Part shown: piece by piece, positions 1-12,728 of the stretch
How the letters are laid out: each line of letters begins with the position of its first letter
How positions within the stretch are numbered: position 1 is the first letter of the stretch
From: Ranitomeya imitator
Taxonomy: Eukaryota
NCBI RefSeq assembly: GCF_032444005.1
Contig: NC_091283.1
Span: 29,450,001 to 29,514,000 of the forward strand
Direction: 5' to 3'
DNA length: 64,000 bases
Position numbers and translations under genes: made by a program
Notes under the pieces: model-generated
Seen by the model: the letters and a program-made list of their open reading frames with translations, nothing else
Databases searched by the model: none
Told to the model about the DNA's origin: nothing

Positions 1-3000
1 CTTACACTCCTCACCTCTGTGAGCATGCTACTAATTTCCATCGTTCAGAGCATATACAACAAATATCACGAGGTGCGTATATGTGCGGGGACGGGGCACA
101 GATCACTGTATGTCATAGATAATAACCATTCCCTTATGGGTCTATAATCATTGCACCTAATACTATTGATTATATTTATTATGCTTAATTGTTTTTGGGT
201 AATTAGACAAACTGCAGATTTGGTGCGGATTTTCACTACAGATTTTATCCTTTGAAATTGGCATCAAAATCTGCATGTAACGTGGATTTCATTGCAGATT
301 TGCTATGAAATCCATAGCAGAAAAAGTCTACGGCCTTTACTTTTCATTAAACTTTTTAAATTTATTTTAGTTGCTCATTTTTACTGTTGTTACCATCTTT
401 AGACAATTGGGGTATGGTCACAGAGTGTTTTACATGAATTTTGAAGCAGATCCGCTTCCAAATCCAATTCAAAAAGTATTTCAAGAGTATATTAAGTGGA
501 TTTTAATGTGGATTTTTAAGTGGATCATTTTCAAAATCCATGTAAGAATAAACATCTGTGTGAGCATGCTCTTATTAGGTTTCGTGCACGTGGTCGTCTT
601 AGGGCTCCATATCATTCGGAGCTGGCATAAGGCTCCCATAAAGGTGCATAATCAGAGCAATAAAGACCTTAGGAACATGTAAAATACTCTGGATACATAA
701 AAATGGCAGCAGAGCCTTCCCACAATATATAGTAGATCTGAACTGTTTTGGACTAGATGACAGTATTTTGGAATATACTCTTTTGACCACAACCAACAAA
801 ACCACTGGTGTGAAAAAAGGATAAAAAAGGTTTATAGCGATCCCATGCATTACTTGACACCATTTCAATCATCTGAGCTACATGATGAAACTGTACAACA
901 CAGGCACTTCACAGGAAAAGAGACAAACTACTATCACAGTTACTGATGATGATTAGACGGCTCCTGTCATACAGTTATCATGTAGAAGAGGGAAACATGT
1001 TTTTACTTGAGTGTTTAAAGTATTCTTTGCACAAATATGTATTTTCTAATCTACAAAATGGACTGACTTATTTTTTTAATTTCTTCTCTCAGGATCTTGT
1101 GAAGAAGGTGCAGGATTCGATTGCCCGGTCAAGTGATCTCGCAAAAGAGATTATCGAGTCGGTTAAAACTGTGCAGAGTTTTGCTGCTGAACAAGAAGAA
1201 GTGAACAGATATGAAGAGTCCCTAAAAAAGACTCACAATCTGCAGATGTGGAGGGACATGACCACAGCTCTGTGTGACCTGTTAATAAGGGTGAATAAAC
1301 ACGTCGTATTCCTGGTGGTTACCGTACATTGTGTATGACGAGATGGCTGCCCATATTCACACTTGTCAGATAGGACATGTCTTCCGGCTTGGCTTCCGCT
1401 GTAGAATTTGCGTGAAATCCAACCACAGTCCACATCTGAGAAGTGCAAATCCACAGCAGAACAGGAGCAGAAATCCAGCCTGACCATCACATTTTTGCTA
1501 AAAATTTTTGCCTCTACATCCACAAGAACATTTGTGAGGTCAGACCCTGATAATGAGGAGATGCCGGGCTCACAATCTCTGTTCTTGGATGGGACTGAAG
1601 TCCGGGCTCTGTACGACCACTTATGTTCCCTCTCCTTGTCTGTATGGACCTTGTGCACTGGGCGCAGTCATGGGGAACAGAAAAGGGCGAACCCCAAACT
1701 GTTCCCACAAATCTGGGAGAATTAAGATTTCCTTTCACTGGAACTTAGAGACCAAGGACAATGCCTGATAACATCCCCATAGCATTGTCCTCCTCCACCA
1801 TCTGCACAATGCCGTTAAGGGGTAACGTTCTCATCTTCAAAGTTAGATGTGGTCTCAGCCACAGCGTGAAAAAACGACCTAAATGTGAGTGATATCTGTG
1901 CTGATGCTGGTGATTAGCTGTGTACCCTGACGATAAAGATGCTTTTCTTCCCTTCAGATTATCAATCGGGGGTCGCAGGTTTCCATATTATGCTATGGAC
2001 ATACATTAATCCTTGAGGGAGAGATGACCACCGGGGCGATGGTGTCCTTCATCATGTACCAGATGAAGTCTAGCAAGTGCATACAGGTACGAGACTAAAG
2101 AAATCACAATGGTGCATGTTTTCCAAAGTCAGTATGTTCACAGCTCTATACACCGCGTAGTGCCAGTTCTCTGGTACTTCAGCCCTGGTCCTATTGAAAT
2201 AAATGGGAGTTGAACATTAGTACACAAAACTGTTCACTACGCAGTGGGATCAGTGGGATACCCCCGGTATAGACACTGCCACGTGACATTGGTGTTGACC
2301 TTTTTTCCTCCATTGTTTTTAGAGCCTTATTCACATGCTCAGTGAGATAACCCATTCCGCAGGAGTCGCCTCCAAGATCTTTCAGTACCTGGATCGGGAG
2401 CCTAAGATCTCCACATCAGGATCACTTTGCCCAAAAGATTTACGTGGTGAATTTGAGTTCAGGAACGTCACATTTTATTATCCGTCCCGTCCAGACACCC
2501 CGGCCGTGCAGGTGAGTGTGCGGAACACCTTGTATTTTATACACCTTACATAATGACAGCTATCTCCTGGCCCCCCACACACGTAGTGGTTTGTGAGCCA
2601 AAAACTACGTGTCTTGTTACTGAGCTGAGCCCAATGATCCTACTCACCATAGAGAGCCGGCGTTCCCATCACATCCACCAGTTAATGTGGCGTACCAATA
2701 GAGCTCATACTGGAATGAAATAGTATTAGGCTGGGCCCCATAAAGAGCTATGTGTGAAGGGGGCTGGCTGACTGCTCATTTCAACAGCCTGGCCAGCCCC
2801 CCTTCTCTATGTGTTGGCTTTGTTAGAGAAGGGGGCTGGCTTAGCTTTCATGTGAGCAGTTTGCTTCTGCACAAATCTCTGCCCTGCTCTGAGATCCGGG
2901 ACCCTTTCCTATGTAAATTAGTAAGTTCCATCCCGAGTCTCATTGTGTGCGTCACTTTGACACCTCACATACTTTCCATACGTGTCCTGTTCTCTCATCT

Positions 3001-6000
3001 CCCCTATCATTTATTTTACGTCTGACAGGACTTATCCTTCAGTCTTCCCCCGGGAAGCGTCACCGCTCTTGTTGGACTCTCAGGAGGGGGGAAGACGACC
3101 TGTGTGTCCCTCCTGGAACGATTCTACGAGCCCCGGAATGGGGAGATCCTTCTCGATGGGAGACCGCTGGCTGAGTACGACCATCAGTATCTGCACAGTA
3201 AGGTAGGACTGGTATCAAAGCGCAGACATCCGGAGCATCGACCGCACACAAACCTCCAGCAGCTGACGGTCATTAATTTACATATTAATGTTTCCAGCTA
3301 TGTTCCTCACTATGTAACCCAGAATATTGTCCGCCCCCAGGATCACCTGCTTTATATCACATATTTCATGGAGCCTTCATATTTATACATGGATGATGTT
3401 ACTGATTGTATACGCTTCATTTATACGATCTGCTGGTTGTGTGCTTAGCGCTCCTTTAGTTCTGGGGCTCATTTATCGCCATTGTCCTTCTGGAAAAGCC
3501 TCGCTCCATTACCACCATTGTCACCAGTATCAGATCGGTGGTGGTGCTGGGTGTCGCCGCTTCGTAGGTCTCGTAGCCCCAGGATGTAGATTGTGTACAG
3601 AGCCGGAACAGCTGGGTACAATGTGTTATGGCCGTTCTCTGTACTGCAGCTCAGCTGCCAATAACGTGAATGTGATCTGAGCTGCACTTCCTGCGACCGG
3701 CCATAACACGGTGTAAGGAGCGGTGGCCTTCATGGCTCTATACACAGTGTACTTGACAAACAGCTTATCGGTGGCGTATCAGTCGGATATTGATGATCTA
3801 TCTCAAGGAAAACCCATCAATTTCATAATTCTGGACATCCCCTTTAATAATAATAAAGTAATCGTTGATCAATCTTTGTAAAGTTATGAATCTTTGTAAT
3901 ATATTCCATTAGTTTATGTTTCTTCCTTCTGTCTTGGTCACCACGCTGAAAGTGCTGGTTTGTCTGCCCAGTTCATGCAGTCTTGGTAGCTGTTATTACA
4001 GCAGAAAAAGGGGCAGCAGCGTTTACCTGCCCCGGTCTCATAGTTTAGTGTGAGGACCCTTGACACGGGGTGTGAGATTACATATCTTGTCAAAAATATT
4101 CACCAATCCCTCATATATTATGTGCTATATATTTTTTTTTGCAATTTCTTTTACAGGGTGCAGCCAGGCCCAACATTTTTTGGCCTTGTAAACGAGGGTG
4201 TCAGCACGGTGATAAAGAAAGAATGAATTAAAATAAGACAATGGAGCATATAACAACGATTCATAACGTTACAAAGACTGATCAATGATTAAACAAATAA
4301 TCATCATTTTATTTCTATAGCGCCAACATATTCCGCAGCACTGTACATTTAGAGGGGACTTGTACAGACAATAGACATTACAACATAACAATAAACACAT
4401 AAATCAACAGATACCAGGAGGAATGAGGGCCCTGCTGCTCGCAAACTTACAAAAAAAATAGTTTAGTTACTTTAATATTAAAGGGGATAGGTTGATATTT
4501 TAATATTTAAAGGGGATGGTTCTTCCTTGGGATAGGTAAAAAATATCCAATTGACGTCCCACACCGCCACCAATAAGCTGTTTGTCAAGATTCATCTATA
4601 TACATAATTGTCTAAGGGGTACTTCCGTCTGTCTGTCTGTCCTACTGTCACGGTTATTCGTTCGCTGATTGGTCTCGGCAGCTGCCTGTCATGGCTGCCG
4701 CGACCAATCAACGACGCGCACAGTCCGAAAGAAAATGGCCGCTCCTTACTCCCCGCACTCACTGCCCGACACCCGCATTCACCCTCCAGTCTGCCCTCAC
4801 ACAGGGTTAATAGCAGCGGTAACGGACCGCGTTATGCTGCGGTGTAATGCAGTCCGTTACCGCTGCTATTAACCCTGTGTGACCAAGTATTTTTACTATT
4901 GACGCAGCCTATGCAGCACCAATAGTAAAAACATTGCATGTTAAAAATAATTAAAAAAATTAAAAATGATGATATACTCACCTACACCGCCTTTCCCGCT
5001 CCTCGCTATGCAAACAGCACGTTCCGGTCGCATGGATGGTGTGGCAGAAGGACCTGCCATGACGTCACGGTCATGTGACCGCGACATCATGACAAGTCCT
5101 GTGCGCCTGCGCGAAAAGGACCTGCCGTAACGTCACGGTCATGTGACCGCTACACAGTCATGTGACCGCGACGTCACGGCAGGTCCTGCACTACAAGGAC
5201 CTTGCCGCTTGCAAGTGGCGGGAGAGTGGCGAGGAGCGGCAAAGGCGGCGGATGGTAAGTATAGCAGGACTTCCAACGGGCCTTCGGAAGGTGAGTATAG
5301 GATTATTTTTTTTTTCCGTCTCTATGCTACGTGGCTCTGTGCTGGGCAATATACTACGTGGCTGGATAATATACTCCGTAACTGGGCAATATACTACGTG
5401 GCTGGGCAATATACTCCGTAACTGAGCAATATACTATGTAACTGTACGTGGCTGGGCAATATACTATGTGACTGGGCAATATACTACGTGACTGGGCAAT
5501 ATACTACGTGACTGGGCAATATACTACGTCACTGGGCAATATACTACGTGGCTGGGCAATATACTACGTGGCTGGGCAATATACTACGTGACTGAGCAAT
5601 ATGCTACGTGGCTGGGCAATATACTACGTGACTGGGCAATATACTACGTGACTGGGCAATATACTACGTGTTTGGGCAATATACTACGTGACTGGGCACT
5701 ATACTACGTGACTGGGCACTATACTACGTGACTGGGCACTAAACTACGTGACTGGGCAATATACTACGTGACTGGGCAATATACTACGTGGCTGGGCAAT
5801 ATACTACGTGGCTGGGCAATATACTACGTGGCTGGGCAATATACTACGTGACTGGGCAATATACTACGTGGCTGGGCAATATACTACGTGACTGGGCAAT
5901 ATACTACGTGACTGGGCAATATACTACGTCACTGGGCAATATACTACGTGGCTGGGCAATATACTACGTGACTGGGCAATATACTACGTGACTGGGCAAT

Positions 6001-7879
6001 ATACTACGTGACTGGGCACTATACTACGTGACTGGGCACTATACTACGTGGCTGGGCAATATACTACGTGACTGGGCAATATACTACGTGACTGGGCAAT
6101 ATACGTGACTGGGCAATATACTACGTGACTGAGCAATATATTACGTGGCTGGGCAATATACTACGTGGCTCTGCTATATACTACGTGGCTGGGCAATATA
6201 CTACGTGGCTGGGCAATATACTACGTGACTGGCCAATATACTACGTGGCTGGGCAATATACTACGTGGACATGCATATTCTAGAATACCCGATGCGTTAG
6301 AATCGGGCCACCATCTAGTAACTTTATAAAGGCTGAGTAATAATGAAATAATAATAAAAAAAAGTTTAGTTACTCTTTAATAGAGATGTGCAACCTCGAA
6401 CTCAAAACAAAAACTCTGAGCACAGATTTCTCCCGGATGTCCATTGCAATGTTTGGCGTTTCGGGGGAAGTCCGGAAAGGGAGAAGAAGAGAGAGATAGA
6501 GGGAGAGAATTTTCTAGCTCAAAAGTTCAGGCCCCCATTGTTTTCATTGGTTCTGGTTCCATTTTGGATACAGTTCTGGTTCCAACCTTTGGAATAAAGT
6601 TCGGGTTGGATACCAGAACCCAAACTTCCACAGGTCCGCTCATCCCTATTCTTTAGGCATGTTAATGAGATATTTTTAATTCTAAGTACAGTAGCTGCAA
6701 ACAATATACTGATAATGTTCCTTCCAGGTGGCGCTGGTTGCCCAAGATCCGGTTTTATTTGCTGGAACAATAAAAGACAACATCACTTACGGACTCATCA
6801 GCAAAAGCAACGAGCAAGTGACAGAGGCAGCAAGGAACGCGAAGGCGGAGAACTTCATCAGCAACCTGGAGCAGGGCTACGACACAAGTAAGTGATACAA
6901 GCATTACATTCCACAGCCGAGATAAAAGATTTGTATTTATATTTTATATACACTATCATTACGGTGCGCAGTGCATTACGTATGAATGCCTTCCTGATGC
7001 AGGACTTAATAGCACTCGCTACGTTGGGTCTCCATGTCTGCAGCAGGCTCTGTAGCTGCGTCATACAGCCAGCATCTGCCACTAACAACAGCGACCAGCT
7101 ACCTCTGATCTCTGCGGTTTAATTATTTACATGCTGCTGTCAATCACTGGTGACATTGTTACTTTCATAAAAGTCTAATTTATCAAAATAAAAAACAAAT
7201 GAACCCACAAAGAGAAAAAATATCAAAATGCCAGATGTTGTTTTTCATCCGTTACTCCATACACAGCACTGGCCACAAATCTAGAGGTCGGAAGGTGTCT
7301 CCTATCAGGAGGCCTCATGTACATTAGGTTCTCCCACTTTCTGGCAAAAAATCATCAGGTTTTTACCGTAACGGTTCTGTCCCCTATCTACATTATTGTG
7401 CAGCATTTTCACGTCTGACTCTTGTTTTGACTTTTTAATCAGATTATTCTTAGATTCTTTGATTTCCTGTTTCCACAGATGTTGGAGATAGCGGGGCTCA
7501 GATGGGGGCCGGGCAGAAGCAGCGCATCGCCCTCGCTCGGGCGCTCGCCCGGAAACCTAAGTTACTTATTCTGGATGAAGCTTCCAGTTGTCTGGATGTA
7601 GAAACGGAGCACGAGGTGCGGTACGACGCTGGCCGGATCGGGGGGCTGCGGTCTGTTACTGTCCAACATTAATATATGTGTCCTCCACAGATCCAGCAGT
7701 CTGTGCAGAATATCCCCGGCCTCTCCGTCCTGATCATCGCTCATCGGCTGCGCACGGTGCGAGAAGCGGACCAGATTCTAGTTCTGGACAGAGGTCGGGT
7801 GGTCGAGCGCGGAAATCACACAGAGCTGGTGAAGAACGAGGAGGGAGCTTACTATAAACTCCTGAAGAACGGCGACTGA
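1..7879 (+). CDS. TAP2: Antigen peptide transporter 2, copy A (5'-partial: exons 4-11)
   Basis: Exons with GT-AG boundaries: <1-72, 1093-1290, 1958-2086, 2323-2511, 3029-3202, 6728-6887, 7479-7615, 7691-7879 (TGA). Sizes 198/129/189/174/160/137 fit the TAP exon pattern and the frame is open throughout. Walker [11 protein letters not shown]-loop AQDPVLF, degenerate signature MGAGQ, Walker B LLILDE and H-loop IAHRL form the TAP2-type combination. Confidence 0.93.
4300..4450 (-). mobile_element. LINE (L2/CR1-clade) 3'-end fragment
   Basis: 'atttctatagcgccaacatattccgcagcactgtaca' resembles the reverse complement of amphibian/fish L2-type 3' ends; a similar piece occurs at ~48885-48925. Confidence 0.4.
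4595..6318 (+). mobile_element. Non-autonomous Helitron carrying a 20-bp minisatellite
   Basis: A|TC 5' end at 4594/4595; subterminal hairpin cccgat-N8-atcggg (6288-6307); CTAG|T 3' end at 6318/6319; no TSD. The same family occurs at 44465-47976. Confidence 0.8.
5343..6267 (+). repeat. 20-bp minisatellite (ctgggcaatatactacgtg[g/a])n inside the Helitron
   Basis: Directly visible tandem array of roughly 45 units. Confidence 0.97.
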
Positions 7880-8046
7880 ACCTAAAGCAGAGGAACATGG
7901 AGGAAATATTCTATAGACGTGGACGAAGTAACCCCACATAAATTATGTACATGTCCGAGACACGTGATGTAACAGTCACCGTCATCTCTTCCATCTTCTC
8001 CAGCTTTGCTCGTCCGCTCCTCCTAACCTGCTGCAGCTTTCCGTTA

Positions 8047-8815
8047 GGCCCCAGTTACACCAGTAGATAATCGTGTAAGGAAATAAACGATCTGATGTCA
8101 GGTAAGGATAATTGATAAGGTTCCATCACGTAATCGCGGCATCGACCATCGTTCACAGAAGCCATTGTCCCATGTGGAGCCGCCAGAGATGTAGCCCACG
8201 TGGACCTTCCTCCTGCCATCTCCTGGGGGTCTTTTGGCTTTTTTTTAACATACTCTACTGTCTGAGATGCGCAATGACTTTACCCCACTACGCCTCGTGG
8301 TTTTTTGTATTATAGATAGTGTGGGAAATTCAGGATTTCCTTGCGTAGACGTTTCACAAACTTCGGCAATAAACCCACATGCAGTATTCGATATTCCTCT
8401 GAATTTTTACATCACTCCTGGCCGACGATCATGCACGTGTCTCGGCAGGAGTGCCGGGTCGTAACTTTACTGGTGCCGATCACTTCCGATACAGAAGGAC
8501 GATCCCTCATTCATACACATGAATATTTGGCTTGACCGACTGTTTGTGTGTTTTCAATAGGGATAGGTGAGAAAATAACTATATACAATGCACTCGTATA
8601 ATGAGCCATTCACGTTGCACAGGGGCGGAACAATCGGTTATACGGCCATATTGTCCCCATACAATTGCAATAAATCGGCAGCACATGCTGTCTACATGCA
8701 TTACCGATGATTCACATGCCAACATAAAGGATTAGCGGCACGATGACACACATCCATGGTGTAGAGCAAGCTTTTTTATGAATGTTCTACAATTATCGGC
8801 CCGTGTGATTGGCCT
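8047..8815. mobile_element. Harbinger-like MITE immediately 3' of the TAP2A stop codon
   Basis: tta|ggcccca-gttacac at the left end and gtgtgattggcc|tag at the right form imperfect TIRs; contains AATAAA at 8082-8087. Confidence 0.4.
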
Positions 8816-10259
8816 AGAAAGGATTTTTTTTTTACTTAAATACTAAAAAATAATTTTTGCAAAATGTTGAACTGTTTGTTTTTCGGCACATTCAAGCTTT
8901 GATGAGGTCAGAAAAAGCAGGTACAAAAGTTAAAATCTTCCCCGTGAGATCGTAATAAGGGGCCGAATGACGGATTCTCAAATAACTTTTTGACGCCAGA
9001 GACTATAGAAGGTAGACGATGCTAAATGGTTAATTAAACCCAATTGCAAAAATAATTAATAGACCCAATTACATGCATTTAAGAAAAAAAAAATGTCCTC
9101 AAAGGAGAATCGCCACATTGTTCAGCAGAACAGAGAAATGGTGCAGGCAGCGATTCTTTGCACACAAACAGCTGGTATGTCTGAACCCAGCAATAAAGAA
9201 AAAAAATGTATGTCTGCATATTTATTTTTTAAAGGAGGAAAAAAAGTAAATTTTCACCTACATCCTGAGATCCAGGAGACATCGTTAATAATTGACTTTT
9301 GATCTCAATCTGTATTGTACTATTTCTGAATAGAACATCTGATATTTTTCTAGTATTAGACTTTTTCTTGGTTTTGCATTGCAGAAAATGTGACAAAAAT
9401 AAATAAAAAGTTTGAAAAAAGATTTGTGTTATTAATTATTTGGGTTATTTTTTTTATCTATATGGTGGAAATCTGTAAAAAAAATCAAATAAAACCCATC
9501 TTGTTTCATGTTTTTTTATGCCGGCAAAGAATTCTTCTTTTTTTTGTAATATATATATTTTTTAGATGTAATAGTGATACAAACAATATTTGTTTGTTAG
9601 GACCTTATTTATTTTTACAAAAGGGACATACCGGATCCAGGACAGATTGAGACTTAATCATTCAGAAATGAAACTAAATTCTGACGACCCCATATTTTTA
9701 CACCAGGATTAATCTGAATATCTGCCTTTTATAAAGGGATTGTCTCAACTTTTAATTAGGTAAAATTACTAAAACGTATTAAAAATCCTCTATTCCCTAG
9801 ACTGGAGGGATTTTTTATTTCAGTGTACTTCTCGTTGGCATAGTTACCGGCCACCTCTCATGGATCGCATTTAATCCTTGCAAGTGCAGCCCCGGAGCTT
9901 CCCAGATCACTAGATCCCGCCAACATCAGTGATCCTCTGCTAGAAGGGAGAGCGGTGCGCTCAGCGTTTCCGAACTGTCAATCATCATGAGCGCACCGAC
10001 CCCCTGACAGCAGGAAGTCGGGAGGCAGAGGAGCGCCGTGCTCCTGAAGAAAAATTATACAAACTTTCTAAATCTGAATAGGTCTAAAATGCGTAACTAT
10101 TGGGAGTTTTTATTTTTTAATTTTCCATTTTAAGATTTATATATCTTTTTATTTTTCTACCAATATTGATGTACGAGGAATTGTTTTTTTGGGGGCTTGT
10201 TTAGCTTAGCAAAAAGGTCTCCTCAAATCACATTTATATGTATAAATAAATGGTCAATA

Positions 10260-10460
10260 TTAAGAACGGGAACATGACTTATTCCTTACACAGGAAGAGG
10301 GGAAGATTGCAGAAGTTAAATAAAGGGTTCTTTACAGTTAGAGCAGTAAAAGTGTGGAATGCCGACCACAGGAGGTAGTAATGGCCGACACTATATCGGC
10401 TATATCTATGGGAGGGCCGGATGATTTTCCCATAACAAATGGCACTATGGGTTATAATCT
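10260..10460 (+). mobile_element. Decayed CR1 ORF2 3' fragment
   Basis: 'gggttctttacagttagagcagtaaaagtgtggaatgcc' matches the GFFTVRAV.xWN segment of the CR1 at 22380-22420. Confidence 0.55.
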
Positions 10461-10473
10461 AGTGATCAGGAAT

Positions 10474-11313
10474 GTACAGTATAACTGGTGAAGAAAAGGG
10501 AATTTTATGAACCCGTGTTTAAGCCAGAAACAGTAATTTCTCACTGGATACGGTACTGGATCACGGATGCAGGGTGTGGTCCGTCCGGCTTGGAAGCGAA
10601 TTGGAAATCCCTCTAACCAAGTGGGGTTGGAAGCCTTCCTTCTAGCGCTGTGGTGTTGTAGTCCCTTGCTGCCTTAGGCTTCACTCAAGGTCCTCACGTT
10701 TTCTCTCTGTCCCCCTTTAGGTAGGACACTACCCGTACAACAAGTAGCTTGAGCCTTTTTACAGGATCTCTATCACGACCCGGGCTCCATTTGCTACTGT
10801 GTCCTCGGGTGTTGATGGTGGAAGGTAACTTGCAATCAGCTGTCTGCCAGTTTCTGCCGTGGGGCATGAAGTTACCCCCACAACCTCGGTCTTCTGGCTA
10901 CCGGTATCTGCATTCAGCATGGAGCAAGCCCATTCTCAGCTTCTCTCTCCAGCTCTTCACTCTCCTGTGCTTCTTTTCCCTCTCAGTCTCCTACAGAATG
11001 CTCTGCTTTCTTTTTCCTTCCCAGGAGCCGCAGAATCACTCATCTCCACGGCCCCACCTCTCCTTCCTCTCTCCTCGCTCTCCTCTCACCAACTGTCTAA
11101 CTCCAACTGCCTAGCAACTGCCTCCTCCTCCCGACCTGAGAGAGCAGCCCCCTGAAGTCAGGTGTAGAGCTCCCCCTTCTGGCCTGGAGTCAGAGCAGTG
11201 TTGTATGTGCTGAATACCTGTCAAAGGGATCCTTCCTCGCTTCCAAGCGTGACATCACTCTCCCCATGAGGAAAGCAATGCAACTGTAACAACCGGTTAC
11301 CTGGGCTGTTACA
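10474..11313 (-). mobile_element. Probable solo LTR
   Basis: Minus strand begins TGTAACAGCCCAGGTAACCGG (TG start). The left boundary is uncertain. Confidence 0.35.
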
Positions 11314-11439
11314 GATGCACATCAATGACATGCGTCGGTATGAGGTGATGACGTGAGGCCTATTGCTGCTTTATGTGAAAATCGGCCGAGAAATGACAGG
11401 AGGGCAAGCGAAGGACCCAGCTGGGAGCTACAGAAAAAA

Positions 11440-11775
11440 GACAGGTGAGAGGCAGGAGTAGGGCAACTGAGTACAAGACAGGTGAGACACAGGAATAGGG
11501 CAACTGAGTACAAGACAGATGAGACACAGGAGTAGGGAAGGTGAGTACAAGACAGGTGAGACACAGGAATAGGGCATGTTAGTACAAGACAGATGAGACA
11601 CAGGAATAGGGCAGGTGAGTATAAGACAGGTGAGACACAGGAATAGGGAAGGTGAGTACAAGACAGGTGAGACACAGGAATAGGGCAGATGAATACAAGA
11701 CAGATGAGACATAGGAATAGGGCAGGTAAGTATAAAACAGGTGAGACACAGGAGTAGGGCAGGTGAGTACAAGCT
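11440..11775. repeat. 37-bp minisatellite (gagtacaagacaggtgagacacaggaatagggca...)
   Basis: Period 37 (gtacaagaca at 11471 and 11508), about 9 units. Confidence 0.9.
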
Positions 11776-12096
11776 TTTATTACTTTTTAACCCCTTGCGT
11801 TTGTCTATTATGTGCTGGCGTCTGGAGAGACCTAAGCACATGATAAATGTCCTATAAGACAATTAATTTTAATTTAAGTCAAATCCTCCTGAAAATAATT
11901 TTCCTCTCCATTCCATACAATAAATGTAATGGGTCCTTAAAGGCACTGTCACCTGAATTTGGAGGGAACAATCTTCAGGCATAGGGGCGGGGTTTTCGGG
12001 TGTTTGATTCACCCTTTCCTTACCCGCTGGCTGCAATATTGGATTGAAGTTCATTCTCTGTCCTCCATAGTACACGCCTGCGCAGGGCAAGATTGC

Positions 12097-12728
12097 AGCA
12101 GCACCTGAGGAGCTTGGGGCATGTTAGAGTCCCTGTAAAAAGGCTCAAGCTGCCCGTCGTGCAGGTACCTGTCCCAGGACAGGGGGAAACTGGAGGACCC
12201 TGTAGGAAGCTTCAGGCAGGAGACCTCACCTTTAATGGCGCTAGTTGGAAAGGCTCACGGACCTCTACTGGAACAGGAGAGCTCTCACTTGCCTCTGAGC
12301 CGGCCGGACCACCATCATCCATGCCTGGTACCCTGGACTGTGGCCAGCAACCTGCAGTAAACCAGGTAAAGACTTACAACTTGTCTCCTCTCATTTATTC
12401 ACCGGCTTTACCATCTACGCCACACACCATAGGACCCCTGGGGACCCCGCTTCACCTGTGTAAGTGTAACATCTGGGCTGCAGCAACATCCCCCAGGGGA
12501 CCCCTTTAATGCAGCGTCGGTCCAGCTACTGACTGAACTCCACAGGTGGCATCACGACAAACTTTGAACATTTAACCCCCTGTAACATTGTTGCCCAGGG
12601 CCACGGACCGGGTCACAACCACCGTGACAACCCCCCTTACGACAGGATCCGGTACCGAGTATCCCACTGCCCTGTGGGCGCGTCAGGGATAAATATAAAA
12701 CAGTACCAGATCCACAGAGATAACTACA
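12097..12728 (-). mobile_element. Solo-LTR-like insert inside a TTAA-target MITE
   Basis: Flanked by a 4-bp TTGC duplication (12093-12096 / 12729-12732); the minus strand starts TGTAGT. It interrupts an element that begins ttaa|aggcactgtcacc at ~11937. Confidence 0.45.

Noticed and set aside
371-868. Hydrophobic ~100-aa ORFs conserved in both TAP2 copies (371-682 and 59627-59932)
   Set aside because: Intron 4 sequence preserved only because the duplication is recent; the C-termini differ by frameshift and the start is TTG.
6721-6734. CTCF-like CCAGGTGGCGC at the TAP2A exon 9 acceptor
   Set aside because: Only a 12/14 match and fully explained by the splice acceptor plus Val-Ala codons.
1-7879. 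Identity as ABCB9 (TAPL) or a second TAP1
   Set aside because: A degenerate signature with intact Walker B Glu and H-loop His, the RALYLL motif in the paralog, and MHC context all indicate TAP2. ABCB9 has a canonical LSGGQ.
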